Positions 57,708 through 64,000 of a DNA stretch of 64,000 nucleotides are shown one piece after another. The first letter of the stretch is position 1. Every line of letters starts with the position of its first letter. Position numbers and translations under genes: made by a program. The DNA is taken from NCBI RefSeq assembly GCF_964213995.1, contig NC_135824.1, positions 52,452,001-52,516,000 of the forward strand, given 5' to 3'. The notes under the pieces were generated by a model. The model searched no databases, was not told the origin of the DNA, and saw only the letters and a list, made by a program, of their open reading frames with translations. The DNA is from Mustelus asterias. Its lineage: Eukaryota.

Positions 57708-57799
57708 TAAATGACAGAACAGTTGGGGTCCTGCCTGCGGACTGAATGAAGGGATTTTGCAAAGCAGTATCTAGCCTGCTTTTAGTCTCCCCAATGTAG

Positions 57800-59172
57800 C
57801 CCCAATGACCATCGTCCGGTACCTAAGAAAAACCAAGCAGCGTGCCTTAATGACTATCGGCTGGTGGCTCTGACATCCACCATTATGAAGTGCTTTGAAG
57901 GCTAGTCATGGCATGAATCAACTCCAGCCTCCCAGACGACCTGGATCCACTAAAGTTTGCCTACCACCTCAACAGGTCCACAGCAGACGCCATCTCTCTG
58001 GCCCTGCACTCAACCCTGGAACACCTAGATAACAAGGACACCTATGTCAGACTCCTATTTATTGACTACAGCTCAGCCTTCAACACCATTATTCCCACGA
58101 AACACATCTCCAAACTCTGTGGCCTGGGGCTCGGCACCTCCCTCTGTGACTGGATTCTGAACTTCCTAACTCACAGACCATAATCAGTAAGGATAGGCAA
58201 CAACATCTCCACGATCATCCTCAACACCGGTGCCCCACAAGGCTGTGTTCTCAGCTCCCTACTATACTCCTTTTACACCTATGACTGTGCGGCCAAATTC
58301 CCCTCCAACTCGATTTTCAAGTTTGCTGATGACACCACTGTAGTGGGTCGGATGTCAAATAATGACGAGACAGAGTACAGGAATGAGATAGAGAATCTGG
58401 TGAACTGGTGCGGCAACAATAATCTCTCCCTCAATGTCAATAAAACGAAGGAGATTGTCATCGACTTCAGGAAGCGTAAAGGAGAACATGTCCCTGTCTA
58501 CATCAACGGGGACAAAGTAGAAAGGGTCGAGAGATTCAAGTTTTTAGGTATCCAGATGATCACCAACAATCTGTCCTGGTCCCCCCATGCTGACACTATA
58601 GTTAAGAAAGCCCACCAACACCTCTACTTTCTCAGAAGACTAAGGAAATTTGGCATGTCAGCTACGACTCTCACCAACTTTTACAGATGCACCATAGAAA
58701 GCATTCTTTCTGGTTGTATCACAGCTTGGTGTGGCTCCTGCTCTGCCCAAGACCGCAAGGAACTACAAAAGGTCGTGAATGTAGCCCAATCCATCACGCA
58801 AACCAGCCTCCCATCCATTGACTCTGTCGACACTTCCCGCTGCCTCGACAAAGCAGCCAGCATAATCAAGGACCCCACGCACCCCGGACATTCTCTCTTC
58901 CACCTTCTTCTGTCGGGAAAAAGATGCAAAAGTCTGAGGTCACGTACCAACTGACTCAAGAACAGCTTCTTCCCTGCTGCCATCAGACTTTTGAATGGAT
59001 CTACCTTGCATTAAGTTGATCTTTCTCTATACCTGAGCTGTGACTGTAACACTACATTCTGCACTCTCTTGTTTCCTTCTCTATGAATGATATGCTTTGT
59101 CTGTATAGCGCGCAAGAAACAATACTTTTCAGTGTATGTTAATACATGTAACAATAATAAATCAAATCAAAA
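57800..59172 (+). mobile_element. Rex1/Babar-like LINE, 5'-truncated, RT domain with frameshifts
   Basis: [71 protein letters not shown]; tail AATAATAAATCAAATCAAA. Confidence 0.9.
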
Positions 59173-60351
59173 TAGTGAAAACTGCATTGGAAGCAACGAA
59201 TAGACCAAATTGAGGGAGGTGCAAGTGGAACTGCTTTTCCTGTGGCCTGGGGAGGAGGGAGAAGGTAAAGGGGCACTTTGTGAGTGAATGGGAAGGTGCT
59301 GTGGGAAGGGGATGATAAGTTGGGGCAGATGGAGGAGTGGATCAGAATGTCACAGTGGGAACGATTCCTGTGGAATGCTGAAAGGGGGCTGAGGGGATAA
59401 TGTGTCTCCTGGTGGCATCATAATGGAGTCGGTGGAAATGGGGGAAGGATGATCCTTTGAACGCGGATGCTAGTGGGGTGAAAAGTGAGGACAAGGGTGA
59501 CCCTATCATGGGGTGAGGGCAGAGGTGCTGGAGATGGGTCGGACACGGTTGAATGCCCTGTTAACCACAGCATGGGGGAAATCCCGGTTAAGGAAAAAGT
59601 CGGACATGTCAGAAGCGCTGCTTTCGAAGGGGGCATCAGCGGAACAGATACGACAGAGGCGAAGTTACTGAGAGAATGGGATGGAGCCCTCACAGGAAGC
59701 AGGGTGTGAGGAGCTGTAGTCGAAGTAGCTGTAGGAGTTGGTGGGCTTGTAATGAATATTGGTGGTCAGTCTATCACCGGCAATGGAGTCAGAGAAGTCG
59801 AGGAAGGGAAGTGTTGGAGATGGACCATGTAAAGGTGAGAGAGGGGCGCAAATTGGAAGCAAAATCGCTAATTGTTTCCACGTCCAGTCAACAACATGAT
59901 GGAGAATGAGTTGTGAGAGAGGGACTCCTGAGTAGGATTGGAAAAAGGCGTGTTCCACATACCCCACATCCCAGGATGGGAGGAAGCTTGTGAATGGAGT
60001 ATAAATACTAGTTTTGACCATTTGGGCCGAATGGCCTCTTTCTGTGCTGTATTGGTTCTTATATTTCCAGCAGGAAGTGATCACAATCCAGTCGCGGCAT
60101 CTGGAAACCTCCGCACATCCACTAAGGGATTGGCAGAGATATAGCTAAACAGCCTGCCAACTCTTGATGTGAGCTCACACACTGCGCAATGTGCCACAGC
60201 GTCTTTAATAATCCCTGGAACGGTTCCATCCATAGTGTTGTTTTGTACAATCTAACTGCAACGTGTCTCCAGATGGATATCGGAGGATTTCCATTTCAAA
60301 TCTTTTAGAAGACGGAACCAAAACATTTGCATCTGTGAGACGCTCATGTCA

Positions 60352-61165
60352 GGGGTGGCACAGTGGTTAGCACTGCTGCCTCACAGCGCCAGGGACCCGG
60401 GTACGATTCCCGGCTTGGGTCACTGTCTGTGTGGAGTCTGCACGTTCTCCCCGTGTCTGCGTGGGTTTCCTCCGGGTGCTCCGGTTTCCTCCCACAGTCC
60501 AAAGATGTGTGGGTCAGGTTGCATTGACCGTGCTAAATTGTCCCTTAGTGTCAAGGGGACTGGTGGGGTAAATATGTGGGGTTACGGGGATAGGGCCTGG
60601 GTGGGATTGTGGTCGGTACAGACTTGATGGGCCGAATGGCTTCCTTCTGCACTGTAGGGATGCTATGATTCTGAATTAGGGATCAACTTTGCAATAACCA
60701 AAATTTTGCATTCAGAATGGAAAGATGGGTTTTCATGGTTTTTTAAAAATAGGTTAGTTAACCTCAGTATTTTCCACAAACTGAGAAAAATATTTTATTA
60801 AATAAGCTTATACAATTCTAACAAGGTTCGACAGGGTAGATTCAGAAAGAATGTTCCCAATGGTGGGGGTGTCCACAACTAGGGGTCACAGTTTGTCGAT
60901 AAGGGGTAAACATTTTAGAAGTGAGGTGGGGAGAAATTTCTTCACCCAGTGGGTGGGGAATGTGTGAAATTCACTACCACAGAAGGTAGTTGAGGCCAGA
61001 ATGTTGTCTGATTTCCATAAGTAATTAGATATAGCTCTTGGGGCTCAAGGGATATGGCGGGGGGGGGGGGATCAGGACATTGAATTCGATGATCAGCCAT
61101 AATCAAAATGAATGGGGGAGCAGGCTTGAAGGGCTGAATGGCCTACTCCTGCTTCTAGTTTCTAC
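60352..61165 (+). mobile_element. V-SINE (60352-60672) and CR1 3' fragment (60820-61165)
   Basis: SINE head, core and tail; CR1 tail CAGCCAT...GAATGG...GCAGGCTTGAAGGGCTGAATGGCCTACTCCTGC. Confidence 0.88.
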
Positions 61166-61367
61166 GCACATCACAAAACAGCTAAAATGATCAAGCCAGC
61201 ATATGCTCGCAAAAAGCCAATCGATTGTGCCATTGTTCTCTCAATTTGCCACATCATATTCCATCATCCTTTAAAACCATAAGACGTAGGAGCAGATTTC
61301 AGTCATCTGGCCCATCGAGTCTACCCCGCCATTCGTTCATGGCTGATATGTTTCTCAACCCCATTTT

Positions 61368-62030
61368 CCGGACCCGGTATCCAGGAAGCTTGGGAACGGA
61401 CCAGGTATCAGAGAAGCCTGGGAATGGACTTGTATCCGGGAAGACTGGGCTCGGACCCGGTATCAGGGAAGCCTGGGTTCGGACCAGATACCCGGGAAGC
61501 CTGGGAATGGACCGAGTATCCGGGAAGCCTGGGAACGGACCCCTGTATCTGGGAAGCCTGAGAACGGACCCGGTATCCGGGAAGCCTGGGAATGGACCGA
61601 GTATCCGGAAAGCCTGGGAACGGACCCCTGTATCTGGGAAGCCTGAGAACGGACCCGGTATCCGGGAAGCCTGGGAATGGACCGAGTATCCGGAAAGCCT
61701 GGGAACGGACCCGGTATCTGGGAAGCCGGGGAACAGACCCGGTATCCGGGAAGCCTGGGAACAGACCCAGTATCCGGGAAACCTGGGACCGGACCGGTAT
61801 CCAGGAAGCCTGGGACCGGACCCAGTATCCGGGTTTGACAAAGGGTCATCTGGACTCGAAACGTCAACTCTTTTCTCTCCTTCCAGATGCTGCCAGACCC
61901 GCAGAGATTTTCCAGCATTTTCTCTTCTGGTTTCAGATTCCAGCATCAGCAGTATTTTGCTTTTATCTATTATTCGGGAATCCTGGAACCGGACCCCGTA
62001 TCCGGGCAGCCTGGGACTGGACCCGGTATC
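61368..62030. repeat. Minisatellite of a 28-29 bp unit GGACCCGGTATCCGGGAAGCCTGGGAAC (about 17 copies plus 2 beyond an insert), interrupted by a Penelope-like terminus (61833-61970)
   Basis: Direct periodicity with a duplicated 3-unit higher-order block. The insert matches other termini at about 2593-2722, 11965-12070 and 39160-39250. Confidence 0.9.
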
Positions 62031-62492
62031 CACAGTATTTGTGGATTTTGGACCCTGGAGTGGGGGCAGGAGATTGGAATAGAATAATAATGGATTAAAA
62101 CTGAAAGCCGGGCTGATTTCTCCGTCCTCGGGAAGGGATGAGGGGCAGACCAGGCCGGCTTCCACACCTTTAATCCCACATGGAATAAGTAAGGCTGGAT
62201 CCAAAGAGCAGGAGACATTGCGCCACAACGCAGATGTGACAGACGGATGGAGACCCAGTTTTCAGGTCCTTCCAGATTTTGGGATGCCAAATAAGGGATC
62301 CGCAAGCCATACACCAGTTATCCCTTATCCAACCACTCGTTACATCCTCAAAAAGCTCTTAATAGAATTGTTAAACATGACTTCCCTTTCATAAATCTGT
62401 ATTGATTCTGATTAATCATATTAAGATTATTTAAGTGCTTCTTACTACATCTCTGATAATAGATTGTACCATTTTGTTATGCAGAATCCCTC

Positions 62493-62692
62493 NNNNNNNN
62501 NNNNNNNNNNNNNNNNNNNNNNNNNNNNNNNNNNNNNNNNNNNNNNNNNNNNNNNNNNNNNNNNNNNNNNNNNNNNNNNNNNNNNNNNNNNNNNNNNNNN
62601 NNNNNNNNNNNNNNNNNNNNNNNNNNNNNNNNNNNNNNNNNNNNNNNNNNNNNNNNNNNNNNNNNNNNNNNNNNNNNNNNNNNNNNNNNNNN
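62493..62692. other. Assembly gap (200 N)
   Basis: Run of exactly 200 N; true size unknown. Confidence 1.
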
Positions 62693-63173
62693 GGTTCTGT
62701 GAGCAGCTCCGTGCCTTTAATCTCTCCCGGACCATCCGCGCTGATCGGAATCTCCAATGGCAACCAGTTGAACCAGGCTGAGTGCCGAGTGCAGCTCTGT
62801 TTGGGGTCCGGGTGGCTTCCGGTCCCACCCCGAACCCGCTCCCCCGGAGCCCCATTTCCCTCCGCCTTTGGCCCGGCCCCCGTCAGCGCCCCCTGTGCCC
62901 GTGTCCGGTACTGCCGTTGCTCCACAGCCTGGAACAGCTTCAACAGGCAACATGCACAATCTCTCCCTGACCCAGCTCACATGGTGCTTATTATCCCTTC
63001 ATGCTGGCTGGGCTCAGCATTTATTGCCCATTCCTAATTGCCCCTTGAGAAGGTGGTGGGTGAGCCGCTTTCTTGAACCCACTGCAGTCCAAGTAGTGTA
63101 GGTACACCCACAGTGCTGTTAGGGAGGGAGTTCCAGGATTTTGACCCAGCGACAGTGAAGCAACGGCGATATA

Positions 63174-63337
63174 CCGTGGAACCCCGATTTTACGCGCCCC
63201 GATTTAGCGCGAAATCGGATATGACGCGATGGACCCTTTTTTTGCTATTTCCGGTTCAGTGATTTAGCGCGACCCCGATAACATTCGCGATAACATTTTA
63301 TGGACTCCAACCATCGCGTTTAAACGGGGCTGCACTG
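63174..63337. mobile_element. 164-bp Tc1/mariner(pogo)-type MITE with a TA target duplication
   Basis: TA|CCGTGGAACCCCGATTTTACGCG ... CGCGTTTAAACGGGGCTGCACTG|TA imperfect TIRs; removing it restores the host LINE tail GGCGATATATTTCCAAGTCAGG. Confidence 0.8.
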
Positions 63338-63419
63338 TATTTCCAAGTCAGGATGGTGACTGACTTGGAGGGGAGCTCCCAGATGATGATCGGCTGCCCT
63401 TGTCCTTCCAGTTGCTAGC

Positions 63420-63730
63420 AGCATGGTGGCACAGTGGTTAGCAGTGCTGCCTCAGAGCTCCAAGGGCCTGGTTCGATTCCCGGCTTGGGTCACTGTCTGT
63501 GCGGAGTTTCCACATTCTCCCCGTGTCTGTGTGGGTTTATTCCAGTTTCCTCCCACAGTCCAAAGATGTGCGGGTTAGGTGCATTGGCCACGCTAAATTG
63601 CCCCTTAGTGTCCCGGTATGTGTAGGTTAGAGGGATTAGTGGGGTTGTGGGGATAGGGCTTGGGGTGGGATTATTGTTGGTGCAGACTCGATGGGCCAAA
63701 TAGCCTCCTTCTGTACTGTAGGGATTCTAA
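63420..63730 (+). mobile_element. V-SINE
   Basis: Head, core and tail. Confidence 0.9.
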
Positions 63731-64000
63731 GAGTTGTGGGTTTAGAAGGTGCTGCCTAAGATGCCTTGGTGAGTTCCTACAATGCATCTTGTAGATGGTA
63801 CACACTGCTGCCACTATACATTGGTGGAGGAGGGGATGAATGTTTGTGGAAGGGGTAGCAATCATGCAGGCTGCTTTGTCCTGTCAAGCTTAGGATCATA
63901 AAATCCCTACAGTGCAGGAGGAGGCCACTTTGTCCATCGAGTCCACATAGACTCCATGAAAGAATATCTCACTCAGGAACACCCACCTGTCCTGTCCCCA

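Larger units (their letters stand above)
56885..59960 (-). mobile_element. Decayed Penelope-like retroelement (RT C-terminal region plus GIY-YIG endonuclease), interrupted by a V-SINE and a LINE
   Basis: LPFLD...IHYKPTNSYSYFDYSSSHP (59700-59820); CTSLNLVY..C..C / YIGETK split by the LINE insertion; KLEEPQLIFRLGTLQ (57270-57320). Confidence 0.85.

Noticed and set aside
61225-62228. 285-aa and 309-aa repeat ORFs on both strands
   Set aside because: Products of the 28-29 bp minisatellite, open in several frames, with no recognisable domain.

Overview
Repeat-rich vertebrate genomic DNA, very probably from a shark. The evidence is dozens of HE1-type V-SINEs, CR1/HER1-like LINEs and Deu-domain SINEs; the species cannot be fixed from sequence alone. 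Three spliced genes were rebuilt by hand from splice sites and reading-frame continuity. (1) SNRPA (U1A), minus strand: first two coding exons, the rest lies left of the window. (2) ACTMAP/C19orf54, plus strand: six coding exons, 323 aa, with one U12-type intron. (3) YIF1B, minus strand: eight coding exons, 297 or 300 aa depending on a tandem donor. SNRPA and ACTMAP are head-to-head around a CpG-island promoter flanked by C-rich minisatellites; ACTMAP and YIF1B are tail-to-tail. The most striking non-coding signal is an 8-unit tandem array just upstream of the YIF1B ATG, built from the Pbx-Prep/Meis decamer TGATTGACAG, a CCAAT box at a fixed 9-nt spacing and GC boxes; the same composite occurs once in the SNRPA/ACTMAP promoter. 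Also notable are short Penelope-like fold-back insertions with 11-15 bp target duplications and decayed hammerhead cores, two V-SINE tail types, TE-seeded minisatellites, a solo LTR and several templated insertions. The long Pro/Gly-rich ORFs in the ORF track are low-complexity artefacts. There is no CRISPR array or prokaryotic system. A 200-N gap lies at 62493-62692. TE family names come from recalled consensus features, not database searches, and TE boundaries are approximate.
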